This document shows, one piece after another, positions 1 through 9,414 of a stretch of 64,000 nt of DNA. The notes under the pieces were generated by a model. The model was not told the DNA's origin. It did not search any database and worked only from the letters and a program-made list of their open reading frames with translations. A program made the translations under genes and the position numbers. The stretch lies in sequence record LR756502.1. The stretch is one strand, 5' to 3'. Position 1 is the stretch's first letter. Every line of letters starts with the position of its first letter.

Positions 1-1
1 T

Positions 2-259
2 AAGAAAGGAACCGAACCATATATTGAATGGGTGGTCGCGAATCATCAACAGACCACAAAGGGTAATATTAGTTTTAGAAAACTTGGATCTCTCTATACA
101 AATGTATTTCTATCTAATATAATTATACCTGAGGATGAATTTAATAAAGTTTATGATATTGAGAATAGATTAAAACAATACTTCGATTCTGTTACAATAA
201 GATATTCTCATAATAGATCTTGTATCTATATTAATCTCTGTAATCAAAAGGACATATAA
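2..259 (+). CDS. hypothetical protein, 5'-truncated by window edge
   Basis: Frame is open from base 2 (KKGTEPYIEWVVANH...); stop abuts ATG 259. Confidence 0.6.
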   Translation, partial: KKGTEPYIEWVVANHQQTTKGNISFRKLGSLYTNVFLSNIIIPEDEFNKVYDIENRLKQYFDSVTIRYSHNRSCIYINLCNQKDI

Positions 260-552
260 TGAAATACTTAAATACATATAAATTATTTGAGAGTATCTCC
301 AAATATCCTGATGGGTTTGGTCGGTATTTAGATAACGATGATATACAAGATTCTCTTCAATATGATATAGGTGACATGGTTTGGGTTAGAGATTGGAGTG
401 ATGTGCCATGTCAGGTTATGGATATAAAGGTTGGTGTGGATGTGTCTGGTAGTCCACACAATGAAATATTAGTATACTTTTACTATGTTAGAAATTCAGA
501 GACAGAAGAAATAGAAAGGTTTAGATCATTTAAATTAAGTGAAATAGAATGA
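259..552 (+). CDS. N-tagged hypothetical protein (SH3-like YDIGDMVWV segment)
   Basis: Starts MKYLNTYKLFES; ATGA overlap with next gene. Confidence 0.75.
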   Translation: MKYLNTYKLFESISKYPDGFGRYLDNDDIQDSLQYDIGDMVWVRDWSDVPCQVMDIKVGVDVSGSPHNEILVYFYYVRNSETEEIERFRSFKLSEIE

Positions 553-1091
553 AGTACTTAAAGACATACTCCTTATATAAAATACTTGAGAGCACTTTAA
601 CAGATGTTAATTTTCCAAATGCTGAGGAAAAAATAAAAGACATATTGTCATATTTGATTGATGATGAGTTTTCTATAGATGTTGACTCTTATGAATTGGG
701 TGAGTTCCAAAGGCTGCCATCCAGAATTTTATTAAACATACCAGAGTCTATAACTCAAAACATGGAATGGGATCCACTACCAATTCTAGTTATTATTATT
801 GAATATTTTGATAATCAAGTGGAAACACAAAGAACATTCACAATTGATGAAATTGACCAACACATAAAAGAGTTAATTAATCAAATGAGTGATGATTATA
901 CATTTTTTCAATATTGGAAGTCTTATTCAGAGAGTACTAATTTAAATTTAAAATTAATTGGTGATTATTCTAAATGGTGTTCAAATATTGATAAGGTGTC
1001 TGAAGGTGATGATTGTGAGTTAAACTACATAAGACTAGAATTTATAAAAAATACTAATCTAGTGTCAAAATCCACAAATTCCATCCAATAA
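549..1091 (+). CDS. N-tagged member of DLxDxGF paralog family
   Basis: MKYLKTYSLYKILES; IKDILSYLIDDEFSIDV; FTIDEIDQHIKELINQM. Confidence 0.75.
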   Translation: MKYLKTYSLYKILESTLTDVNFPNAEEKIKDILSYLIDDEFSIDVDSYELGEFQRLPSRILLNIPESITQNMEWDPLPILVIIIEYFDNQVETQRTFTIDEIDQHIKELINQMSDDYTFFQYWKSYSESTNLNLKLIGDYSKWCSNIDKVSEGDDCELNYIRLEFIKNTNLVSKSTNSIQ

Positions 1092-1620
1092 CAATAACTG
1101 AGTGTATTGTCTCTGGTATTGCCATTCCCGGAAAAAATTTTAATGCTATTAACGGACCAACAACCATAGCAACTGCAAATGTTGTATGTGTCTGCCATTC
1201 TTTATATTGTAGGTGCTTTCTATTAAGATGAGCAAATAAGAAAACTATTAGTGGGTAAGCGAAGAAGTAAAGATACGCAGTGACATTATGAATATCGTGT
1301 GTCATATCTACTACTCCGGTGATAAATAAAAATGTGGATGTTAGTATAAATCCTAACTTTAGAAAGTTTGTATATCTTTCATGTAAACGTGTGTGATGTT
1401 TTATAAAAAGCATTACATTTATAAGAATAGAGACTGATAATATAGCGACACAGCTATTCCATATCCATCCTAGTTTCTTATCAACTCCCCAGAATGAAAG
1501 TTGAATATCTGTAAGCTTAAACTCAGTAACATTATAGCATAGTATGAATACTCCAATGAAAAGAAATATTGAAATGATGGTCTGCCACCTTCTAAACTTT
1601 TTAATATCAGAAATATCCAT
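1054..1620 (-). CDS. multi-pass membrane protein (DUF998-like)
   Basis: Five to six hydrophobic helices, HNVTAYLYF segment; family name from recall only. Confidence 0.55.
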   Translation of the reverse strand: MDISDIKKFRRWQTIISIFLFIGVFILCYNVTEFKLTDIQLSFWGVDKKLGWIWNSCVAILSVSILINVMLFIKHHTRLHERYTNFLKLGFILTSTFLFITGVVDMTHDIHNVTAYLYFFAYPLIVFLFAHLNRKHLQYKEWQTHTTFAVAMVVGPLIALKFFPGMAIPETIHSVIVIGWNLWILTLD

Positions 1621-1694
1621 ATACCTTGTTATACTTAAATTTAGTATTTATGTTACATACAAATATACTGATTTTAATTTAAACAATAAAACAA

Positions 1695-1703
1695 TAATAT
1701 ATA
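1695..1703 (+). promoter_or_regulatory. putative late promoter TAATATATA (example of a recurrent element)
   Basis: Same 9-mer lies 4-25 nt upstream of many ATGs (11822, 16540, 18281, 19231, 22532, 24771, 43370, 44910). Confidence 0.6.
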
Positions 1704-1707
1704 GTAT

Positions 1708-2268
1708 ATGATAATTAAAAGGTATAATGAATTTGTATTTGAGAATAAATCACCATTACTAGTTCTGCAAGATAATATTGATCGAGAGTTGATAGATATA
1801 ATACAATCGATAATACCTAGTGGTAAAATATTAGAAATATCTTGTGGAAACGGAGCGGACTCTATTGAGTTGGATAGATTAGGATATGATGTAACTGCTA
1901 CAGATTCAAATAAAGATTATGTTGAAAAGGCTGGTGAGTTTGTTAGGAGTCTTCATCATGATACAAGAGATGAGTTTCCGTTTGATGATGAACAATTTGA
2001 CCTAGTCTATTCAAGATTAGGATTACATTACTTCACACAAGATGAGTTGGTGAGTATATTTGATGAGATATCAAGAATAACAAAAAGATACTTAGTATTT
2101 ACGGTTAAACTTGTAAATGATATTCAAACAGGTAAGGTTATTTTTGACCAGAAATTCTGGCAGGATCTAACAAGTAGAAACTTTGTAATAGTATCATCTA
2201 AGGTTAAAACTGGTATATTATATGATAATGAGTCTAAGTGGCTAGAAGTTGTGGCAAAAAAGAAATAA
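1708..2268 (+). CDS. class I SAM-dependent methyltransferase, N-tagged
   Basis: Motif I ILEISCGNG; DTRDEFPFDDEQFDLVYSRLGLHYF. Confidence 0.85.
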   Translation: MIIKRYNEFVFENKSPLLVLQDNIDRELIDIIQSIIPSGKILEISCGNGADSIELDRLGYDVTATDSNKDYVEKAGEFVRSLHHDTRDEFPFDDEQFDLVYSRLGLHYFTQDELVSIFDEISRITKRYLVFTVKLVNDIQTGKVIFDQKFWQDLTSRNFVIVSSKVKTGILYDNESKWLEVVAKKK

Positions 2269-2270
2269 CT

Positions 2271-3062
2271 ATGGTATCAATTAAAAGATTTGGTCAACTA
2301 AACGAAAATAATATGTGGTATAAAACTATACCAGAGATTCTGTCTTGGATTAAATCAAAGTCCGATAAGTACTTCGTATGGATTGATACGGAAACGACCG
2401 GGTTACCAAGTGATCCAAATGAGATACAACTCACCCAAGTATCTGCAATAGTAACCAAATATAACTTTGAATCTAATACATTCGATGAGGTTGATACATA
2501 TAATAAAAAGATAAAGCTAACTGATACCTCATTGAGAGATATTAATAACCCATCGTATAGGATTAAAAAAGTTCTATCATTTAATCATTATGGTGAGAAG
2601 GGTGTTAAATATAGTGACGAAAAGGAAACACTACAAGACTTCTTTATTTGGTTAGGTAAGTATAATAATCCGATGTTGGTTATACAGAATGCTAAGTTTG
2701 ATATGAGGTATTTGAATACAAGGAATCCAATTGTGAAGTTTGATAATGAGGTTATGGATACAAAGATGATAATACAACTGTATTACTTACCTTTACTACA
2801 AACCTTATCTAAATCTGATGAGGTGTATGCAGAACTTGTTAATAAAATAGGAACATCTGATAGAGATGGTGGTTTAATCTCATCTTCAATGAGTAAGGTT
2901 GGTCCGGCTCTTGGTATTAATATGTCTGGATATCATGATGCTCTAACAGATTGTAGAATAACTATTAAAATGTTTCAAAAGATTATTGATTTATTAAAGA
3001 AAAATGAGGATATTGATATTAGTAAATATCAATCTGATAGGATAAGGACAATTAGAGGATGA
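2271..3062 (+). CDS. DEDDh (DnaQ-like) 3'-5' exonuclease, N-tagged
   Basis: IDTETTG, QNAKFD, HDALTDC; start moved to ATG 2271 (MVSIKRFGQLNE) after the upstream stop. Confidence 0.85.
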   Translation: MVSIKRFGQLNENNMWYKTIPEILSWIKSKSDKYFVWIDTETTGLPSDPNEIQLTQVSAIVTKYNFESNTFDEVDTYNKKIKLTDTSLRDINNPSYRIKKVLSFNHYGEKGVKYSDEKETLQDFFIWLGKYNNPMLVIQNAKFDMRYLNTRNPIVKFDNEVMDTKMIIQLYYLPLLQTLSKSDEVYAELVNKIGTSDRDGGLISSSMSKVGPALGINMSGYHDALTDCRITIKMFQKIIDLLKKNEDIDISKYQSDRIRTIRG

Positions 3063-3619
3063 GATATCTAAAGCAATATATAATATTTGAGACACTTGAT
3101 GATAAAATCTCAACTTCCTTTATTAGTACTAAGGGTATAATAGAGGATATATATAACATATGTGATGATTTGAGAGATGATGGTCTAGATGCTCACATTT
3201 ACCCTGGTCCAAATGATAGTATAGGAATTAAAATGCTTGGTCTTGAGAGGAATGGAATGGGGGGTGGTCATGTTACTAAGATACAGGTCACATTTACTTC
3301 ACAGAATATGGATAGATTCGAGGATGGTTTTAAGGTATCAGAGATACAAGATACTTGTAATAGGTTATTGGTTTACCTAAATAGTGAGAATTTTATTTGT
3401 AGTGATGTTAGTTACATAACAAGTGCTAAATATCATGCTGCTAGAATTTCAATGAATAGGTCAACAATCACAGGAAGAGAGCAGTCCAAAAAATTTGATG
3501 ATTTTTTTAATCATTTCTTGAAACAAGACCAAAGAGCTACAAAGAAGGTCGATAGTATAAATTCGTTCGGTTCTTGTATGTATAGAGTATCTCTATCATT
3601 CGTACCTACCCTAAATTAG
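3059..3619 (+). CDS. N-tagged DLxDxGF paralog
   Basis: MRYLKQYIIFET; ICDDLRDDGLDAHI; FKVSEIQDTCNRLLVYL. Confidence 0.75.
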   Translation: MRYLKQYIIFETLDDKISTSFISTKGIIEDIYNICDDLRDDGLDAHIYPGPNDSIGIKMLGLERNGMGGGHVTKIQVTFTSQNMDRFEDGFKVSEIQDTCNRLLVYLNSENFICSDVSYITSAKYHAARISMNRSTITGREQSKKFDDFFNHFLKQDQRATKKVDSINSFGSCMYRVSLSFVPTLN

Positions 3620-4258
3620 ATTGATGAAGTTTTCTCCAGTGTATTCATTCTTCATGTGAAATCTTAAGTACCCATATCTGTGTTGACTATCTAGTTCTAT
3701 AAAATATTTTTTACTACCAATATCCAATATGAAAATATCAGGAATAGTATTAGCAGAATCCTTGAATTTTGCTTGCAACTTTTCCTCTACCATTCTCCAT
3801 AGAATATCCTTAACATAGTATTGCGCTCTTGTGCACATATAATCCAAGTGATGATATTTTTGACCAAGTTCAAACTCTCTTTGTTTAGCCAGAATAAATG
3901 TTAGTTTCTCGTCTCTTGTTTTTAGTTCAACTCTATTTTGGCTAATGCCATATCCTTTCCAATCATGATTCCAGCTAATCTCATATTGGTGTGTATTTTT
4001 TTTATCATTTCTGTGATAGAAGTAAATTATGTGTCTACCTCTATCATTCTTTGGAATCTCTTTAACAACCTCATCAATAAAATCAGACTTTTCTTTTTGG
4101 CGAATTGATGCCCTAGAACATGTCCTTAACCACAAGTCATGTAACTCATCGATAGTCCAGTCTTTGAATTTTCTTTTGAATTTTCCAAAAAAGATATCTT
4201 GACCATCTGTTGGTAAACGCCCGAAATTTTTGCCATATGTGATAAAATTAGCCTTCAT
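3611..4258 (-). CDS. hypothetical protein (internal RDEKLTFIL motif)
   Basis: Long ORF; TATATTTG element just upstream of ATG 4258. Confidence 0.7.
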   Translation of the reverse strand: MKANFITYGKNFGRLPTDGQDIFFGKFKRKFKDWTIDELHDLWLRTCSRASIRQKEKSDFIDEVVKEIPKNDRGRHIIYFYHRNDKKNTHQYEISWNHDWKGYGISQNRVELKTRDEKLTFILAKQREFELGQKYHHLDYMCTRAQYYVKDILWRMVEEKLQAKFKDSANTIPDIFILDIGSKKYFIELDSQHRYGYLRFHMKNEYTGENFINLI

Positions 4259-4310
4259 ATTACAAATATACAAATTATTTATCATATCATAAAATAAATA
4301 TATAATGTCT

Positions 4311-5060
4311 ATGAAGTATCTAAAAACTAATGAGGGTTTATTTTCAAAGGATGAAATTCCTAAGAATCTTATTGATGATATTGAAAAGGAAATTGAAAAG
4401 AACTACTCAGTGACAGTTTCTGGTATTAAAACAGCTGATATAGTACACAGTGTAACTTTTAAAACAAAGACACCTATTGGTGATGTTGATTTGGTTCTAA
4501 ATCTTGAAAAGCCATATAATAAGGGCAAACTAAGGTCCGCTATAATTGGTAATAATATAATATTTGAATTTTTTCAGGATGGTAAAAGAAGATTTGATTG
4601 GAATTACGAATTAAAACAGTTAAGAGGTGACCAGCTATCTGTTGTTTTAGTTAATATAACTAAATCTATAGATCATATTGTGAATAGAGTTACTCGGGAT
4701 AGAGATAGGAAAACAGAACATGAATCCTTCTATAATATAATAAGTGTTGATGAGATTAAGGATTTATGTGGTGATCTATATGATCTTATTGGTGAATTTA
4801 CTGTTGAGAAAGCTGGTCGGGAATATTTGGTTAAGTTTAGTAATGTTACTGGTATAGTTGCAACAACTGTAAACAATAACGCCAGAAATATCACGAGTTC
4901 AATTAGACCAAATGATAGGATGCTTAAACTTTTAATTGAATTGAACTCTCTATATAAAAGACTTCTTAATGGGTATAAACTAACCATGCTTTTTTCAATT
5001 GTACCTAATAATTTTCCAGTCTCAAAATCTTTGGTTATTACTATATCTAAAGCTAAATAA
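4311..5060 (+). CDS. N-tagged hypothetical protein
   Basis: MKYLKTNEG; AAATATATA upstream. Confidence 0.7.
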   Translation: MKYLKTNEGLFSKDEIPKNLIDDIEKEIEKNYSVTVSGIKTADIVHSVTFKTKTPIGDVDLVLNLEKPYNKGKLRSAIIGNNIIFEFFQDGKRRFDWNYELKQLRGDQLSVVLVNITKSIDHIVNRVTRDRDRKTEHESFYNIISVDEIKDLCGDLYDLIGEFTVEKAGREYLVKFSNVTGIVATTVNNNARNITSSIRPNDRMLKLLIELNSLYKRLLNGYKLTMLFSIVPNNFPVSKSLVITISKAK

Positions 5061-5073
5061 AAAATAATTATAT

Positions 5074-5319
5074 ATGGGAATAGATGAATTAAAAAGTGAG
5101 TTACCAAGAGCTATGAATGAGCAGGACTTTACCTTTATCGGTGATGGTCTTGTTATAGTTGAGGAATTTATTCGCAATTTTTTGTTAGCAAATGGATATG
5201 AATTGGTTACACTTATAATGCAGGAGATAACTGGTTCTAGAAGAACTCTAAGAATATGGATCAGTAGTAATTCAGTTGGTACTTATATAGAACTTACGGT
5301 ACATGATGCTCTAGTCTAG
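5074..5319 (+). CDS. hypothetical protein
   Basis: Tiles between neighbouring genes. Confidence 0.6.
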   Translation: MGIDELKSELPRAMNEQDFTFIGDGLVIVEEFIRNFLLANGYELVTLIMQEITGSRRTLRIWISSNSVGTYIELTVHDALV

Positions 5320-5631
5320 TATATTGTCTATTCTAATCTCTCTAATTCTTGAAGTCCTGTCTGATAGTATGTCTTGATACTCATTGTATCTTATTGGTAT
5401 AACTGCTTCTGTTGGTCTTTCTCCAATATAAACAATATATTTAATGTATATTGTTTTATCTTTATTTGGAATAGAAACAACTCTATTGTCAGTAACTTCA
5501 ACTCGATAGTCAAATCTTTTGAGTGTGTGACGCATCGCTTTCAGGAAGTGACTTCTAATCATATCAATTATTACTGAGTCATCAATTTTTTCCAACTTAG
5601 AAACAAATTGATTTGGTATTATTGAGAACAT
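5311..5631 (-). CDS. C-tagged hypothetical protein
   Basis: Ends IREIRIDNILD. Confidence 0.7.
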   Translation of the reverse strand: MFSIIPNQFVSKLEKIDDSVIIDMIRSHFLKAMRHTLKRFDYRVEVTDNRVVSIPNKDKTIYIKYIVYIGERPTEAVIPIRYNEYQDILSDRTSRIREIRIDNILD

Positions 5632-5860
5632 CTTCTATACTGTCTTGTCTTATTTGGGTTGGTGTCTTGATGAACCTATCAGTTGCATATCTACTTATGA
5701 ATCCTCTATCACTCATCAGTTCAACTATAACGACTGGGAAATTTGGATACTTTTTATAGCATCTTATGACTATGTATGCTGTGTTTGGTCTAATCGCTTT
5801 AAATTTTCGATAAGTGAATATTTCATCCCCTTCATTAAAGAATGGATACTCTCTATTCAT
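5597..5860 (-). CDS. C-tagged hypothetical protein (SH3-like FNEGDEI start)
   Basis: IRQDSIEDVLN near the C-terminus; start MNREYPF inferred. Confidence 0.6.
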   Translation of the reverse strand: MNREYPFFNEGDEIFTYRKFKAIRPNTAYIVIRCYKKYPNFPVVIVELMSDRGFISRYATDRFIKTPTQIRQDSIEDVLNNTKSICF

Positions 5861-5906
5861 ACAACTGGACTCTCTGGAAGAGTCCTTGTTAAAAATCAAC
5901 ATGAAA

Positions 5907-6125
5907 TTATTTACGTGAAAGAATTTTAGGCTTCCATCCATTCTCAGGGGATGCGGGAATGATTACTTCAATTACTCCAAGTTCTTCTAGAAAAGAGGAA
6001 ACATATTTACCAATTTCTTTACCTTGGTTTATTCTATTCATACCTTCGATGATTACAAAGTTGTATGAGTTTGGTGTTTCTAATAGGTTAGCTAGAACCT
6101 CATCGTGAATTTTTATTTTTTGCAT
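5907..6125 (-). CDS. hypothetical protein
   Basis: Start MQKIKIH inferred; TATATTTG upstream. Confidence 0.6.
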   Translation of the reverse strand: MQKIKIHDEVLANLLETPNSYNFVIIEGMNRINQGKEIGKYVSSFLEELGVIEVIIPASPENGWKPKILSRK

Positions 6126-6186
6126 TTTTAGTTTTATTTTATACAAATATAATTAAAATAAATTACCAGCAAAAATTTTATTATAT

Positions 6187-6969
6187 TTATTTTTCAACTA
6201 GATATAATTCTATATTATCGTGGAATTGCCCCAACACCGATACAAAATTATACTTTATATCGAATCCATCTTCATTAATTTTCCTCCTTATTTCCTTAAG
6301 TATCAAACTAGTTGATGTCACCAATAACCTCGACAGTTCTATATTTGAGCAAAGTGATCTTATTACTTCTGTATTTTCACCACTACCATGGACTATTATT
6401 TTAGTCCCATTGGATAGTTTTGGTAGTAAGTTTAAAGGTACGTTTGCTTCTTTAAGCAGTGTGAATAGTCTATTACATCCTGATATTATCTTATTTCTAT
6501 AAATTATTTCTGGCTCATCAACTAATCCAATATCAATCATTATCATTGTTGATAAGCTTGATGTCCAAATTTTTGGCTTGTATTCACTTAGATGTGATAT
6601 GGCGTCAAATAGGTCAATGTAGAACTCTCTCAATAAATTTAAATCACCATCTATAAATTTGAAAAGGTTACCACTACCACTGGTCATCGGTGGTAGTCCA
6701 ATGTTCCTATATGACTCTATATTTACTGATTCATAATTATAACTACCACTATCTATTTTTATAACCTTTGACTTTATCGTATATTGACCAATAGAATTAA
6801 TATTTTTATCTATTTGTGAGGATGTATCTCCTAGTTTATTTCGGTAGTAATCATATATCACAACTTCATACCCACTATCGATAACAGATGCCATTGTATC
6901 CATTATCATTGTGTTTATATCATCAACATTAGTTGATTCAAATATAATATAATCTTTGAGATGTTTCAC
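6187..6969 (-). CDS. N-tagged DLxDxGF-like paralog (GTG start)
   Basis: MKHLKDYIIFES; TAATATATA 4 nt upstream; IMDTMASVIDSGYEVVI. Confidence 0.75.
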   Translation of the reverse strand: MKHLKDYIIFESTNVDDINTMIMDTMASVIDSGYEVVIYDYYRNKLGDTSSQIDKNINSIGQYTIKSKVIKIDSGSYNYESVNIESYRNIGLPPMTSGSGNLFKFIDGDLNLLREFYIDLFDAISHLSEYKPKIWTSSLSTMIMIDIGLVDEPEIIYRNKIISGCNRLFTLLKEANVPLNLLPKLSNGTKIIVHGSGENTEVIRSLCSNIELSRLLVTSTSLILKEIRRKINEDGFDIKYNFVSVLGQFHDNIELYLVEK

Positions 6970-6988
6970 AAACTATATATTAATTTAA

Positions 6989-7582
6989 TTAATGTATTCC
7001 AATTTTATTTAACTTGTTTAATCTCTTATCTTGTTTAGATGTGAAGTCTGGGTATATATTTTTATTATCAGAGAAGTTTTGCACCAATTCGGATATTTTA
7101 TACTCATTAGTTAATCCTGATGACATATGGATAAGCTTATTCAGAAGTACCCATTTAAAAAGACCATCTTCCTCAACAACCTTGACCTCCTTATATAGGA
7201 TATTTACCCAATTTTTATTAAATTCCCAGCTTGTCTCATCTCCTGAGAATGTGCCAGTTAGTAAAACAATTAGTCCAATAACAAATAATACCCAAAGTAA
7301 AATATTTATAGGGTTATTGACTTCGTAGACTATTGTACTACTTGGTAGTGTTTTCTGAGCGGACTTAAATGATATACATTTTATTTCACCTTCATCTTTA
7401 TATAGATATGTATATGATGTGTCATTACCAACAACAATATTATTCTGTCCAAGTACATGTATGGTATTATATCTATTATCAAAGCTACCAGCCATTATAA
7501 ATGATACTATTGTTATTATGAGTGTTATCGTCTTACCAATGTTATTTCTAATTAATTCAGAGGCGTATTTTAGGTATATCAT
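6989..7582 (-). CDS. two-TM membrane protein, C-tagged
   Basis: Two hydrophobic helices; ends KRLNKLNKIGIH; TATATTTG upstream. Confidence 0.7.
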   Translation of the reverse strand: MIYLKYASELIRNNIGKTITLIITIVSFIMAGSFDNRYNTIHVLGQNNIVVGNDTSYTYLYKDEGEIKCISFKSAQKTLPSSTIVYEVNNPINILLWVLFVIGLIVLLTGTFSGDETSWEFNKNWVNILYKEVKVVEEDGLFKWVLLNKLIHMSSGLTNEYKISELVQNFSDNKNIYPDFTSKQDKRLNKLNKIGIH

Positions 7583-7766
7583 ATAATTTAATTTTTACAA
7601 ATATAGAAAATAATAATTTGTCTATGCTATTTATTTTAAGTAAATTTGCAAATGAAAAGGAGATTAGGTAAAATAATAATTTTCGTTGTTATTAAAAGAA
7701 AAGGTGGTAGAGTATCTCTAATCTTACTTAAGATGTTGGTTTATACTTTCAACTCAATGAAACATT

Positions 7767-7798
7767 AAAAACCCACTACGATATCGTAGTGGGTTTTT
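7767..7798. terminator. bidirectional intrinsic terminator
   Basis: AAAAACCCACTACGA-TA-TCGTAGTGGGTTTTT perfect hairpin. Confidence 0.85.
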
Positions 7799-7800
7799 TA

Positions 7801-8070
7801 TTAGAATTTATACTCTTCAATAATATCATAATCCAATAAGAATCTTATTGTTTCTTTTGGTACAATCCTTTGAAATTTGGATTCTCCCTTATCAGTAAAA
7901 CTTTCGATTTCTTCGGTACCACCTGCAAATAATACTTGCTTAACACCCTCTTGAATCATGTGTTTTTCGAAGTGACTTACCTTTGATGTCTCTAGAGATG
8001 CCAATGATGATTTTTTGATCCTGTAGTTTCTTTCGTTACCACATAGGCTCCAGTTTGTTGTTTTTTCCAT
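7801..8070 (-). CDS. hypothetical protein
   Basis: ORF ends at the terminator; AAACAAA-N14-TATAA upstream. Confidence 0.6.
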   Translation of the reverse strand: MEKTTNWSLCGNERNYRIKKSSLASLETSKVSHFEKHMIQEGVKQVLFAGGTEEIESFTDKGESKFQRIVPKETIRFLLDYDIIEEYKF

Positions 8071-8199
8071 AGTAATTTTTTTGTTTTTTCTGGATTTTTA
8101 GACCCAGTAGTAATTTGCAGTTTTTTCTGTTTCTCTCTCTGTATGTTTGTTTTATTTATATAGTGGATAAACAATTTGTTTTATTTTAATAAAAAGTAT

Positions 8200-8607
8200 A
8201 TGAATCTAATAAGAGTTGTTGGTGATATTGTTGATATCAGTCCTGTTTTTAATGATGTTGAGATTATATGGGTGACTGTTGAGAGGGAGATTACTGGCAT
8301 TTCATCAACCAACCCATCTATGTGGTTCATGTATAATGACTGGATATATCTAATGGTTTGTGATTATAATTTTAAAATTTTGGAGCAGTATGAGGATTGG
8401 AGTAACTTTGATGGAAGTGACTTTGATAGATATGATCCAGGAGAGAAGGAATTTAAATTCCTTTTAGGATTAAACCCAACATACTTTAAGGCATCACCTG
8501 AAGAAATATATAAAAGTGATTTAGGTCAATATTGTCAATTTGAGTTAGACTTCCTGTTTAAGTGGAGTAGGGATAGGAAGATAAGAGATATACTAGCCAA
8601 AGACTGA
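8200..8607 (+). CDS. C-tagged hypothetical protein
   Basis: Ends SRDRKIRDILAKD; start ATG 8200 inferred. Confidence 0.7.
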   Translation: MNLIRVVGDIVDISPVFNDVEIIWVTVEREITGISSTNPSMWFMYNDWIYLMVCDYNFKILEQYEDWSNFDGSDFDRYDPGEKEFKFLLGLNPTYFKASPEEIYKSDLGQYCQFELDFLFKWSRDRKIRDILAKD

Positions 8608-8610
8608 GAA

Positions 8611-8793
8611 TTACTTTGGTATTCTGAACTTTAGAAGTGGTTTGCCGTTTATTGTGATGTCACCCTTTTCATTTTTACCAATCTTCTTAACAAGAATTTT
8701 CTTATTCTTAAATCGACCACCAAGGATGGTATCTCCAACTTTTATTGGGACTTTGATCATTTCAAATAAAGCGAATGGTTTTATAAACTTCAT
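8611..8793 (-). CDS. small basic N-tagged protein
   Basis: MKFIKPFALFEM; TAATATATA upstream. Confidence 0.7.
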   Translation of the reverse strand: MKFIKPFALFEMIKVPIKVGDTILGGRFKNKKILVKKIGKNEKGDITINGKPLLKFRIPK

Positions 8794-8807
8794 TAGTTAT
8801 ATATTAA

Positions 8808-9146
8808 CTAAAAAAGTTGGATTAGTATAATTAAGCAACAAAGACCAAGTGATATAATTGTCTTAATGGTCATTGTTTCACCAAGTACAAACTTCGATAG
8901 TACTGCGAATACTATTATACCTGTACAAAATCCAACAAACCTAAGAGGCCAGCTTTTCCCATCAAATACTTCCATCCCTGCTCTAGTACCAAGTATCCAA
9001 AGATATGTTATCGGTACTGCTGTTAATAGAAGAAACCATGTATTGTTAGCGAACCAATCCCATTTATACTGTCCATATGTCTGAAACCATATAAGTGTTT
9101 GTGCTAGTATGAATATCGATATAAATGTCAACATCTTATTTCTCAT
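8808..9146 (-). CDS. small four-TM membrane protein (DMT/SMR-like)
   Basis: Four hydrophobic helices in 112 aa; VLSKFVLGETMTIK segment. Confidence 0.55.
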   Translation of the reverse strand: MRNKMLTFISIFILAQTLIWFQTYGQYKWDWFANNTWFLLLTAVPITYLWILGTRAGMEVFDGKSWPLRFVGFCTGIIVFAVLSKFVLGETMTIKTIISLGLCCLIILIQLF

Positions 9147-9171
9147 TTTATTAGTAGTTATTGGTAAAGGA

Positions 9172-9414
9172 TTAGTCTATAATGTCATCGATAATGATAT
9201 CACGCTTATCCTCTTTTTTGATCTCCATTACCGGTTCAAATGTATGTAGTATAAATCTGCCACTATCCCAATCAAATCCATTAAATCCGGATCTTACTCG
9301 AACAGTTGGGGTGCCACCCATACTACCCTTTCTAACTACTTCAACACAAACCTCATTCTCATATTGACGAGGATCCATGTTATTTAACATCTCTCTTAAC
9401 TCCTTTACTTTCAT
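9172..9414 (-). CDS. C-tagged hypothetical protein
   Basis: Ends KRDIIIDDIID; ATGA-coupled to rnr. Confidence 0.7.
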   Translation of the reverse strand: MKVKELREMLNNMDPRQYENEVCVEVVRKGSMGGTPTVRVRSGFNGFDWDSGRFILHTFEPVMEIKKEDKRDIIIDDIID

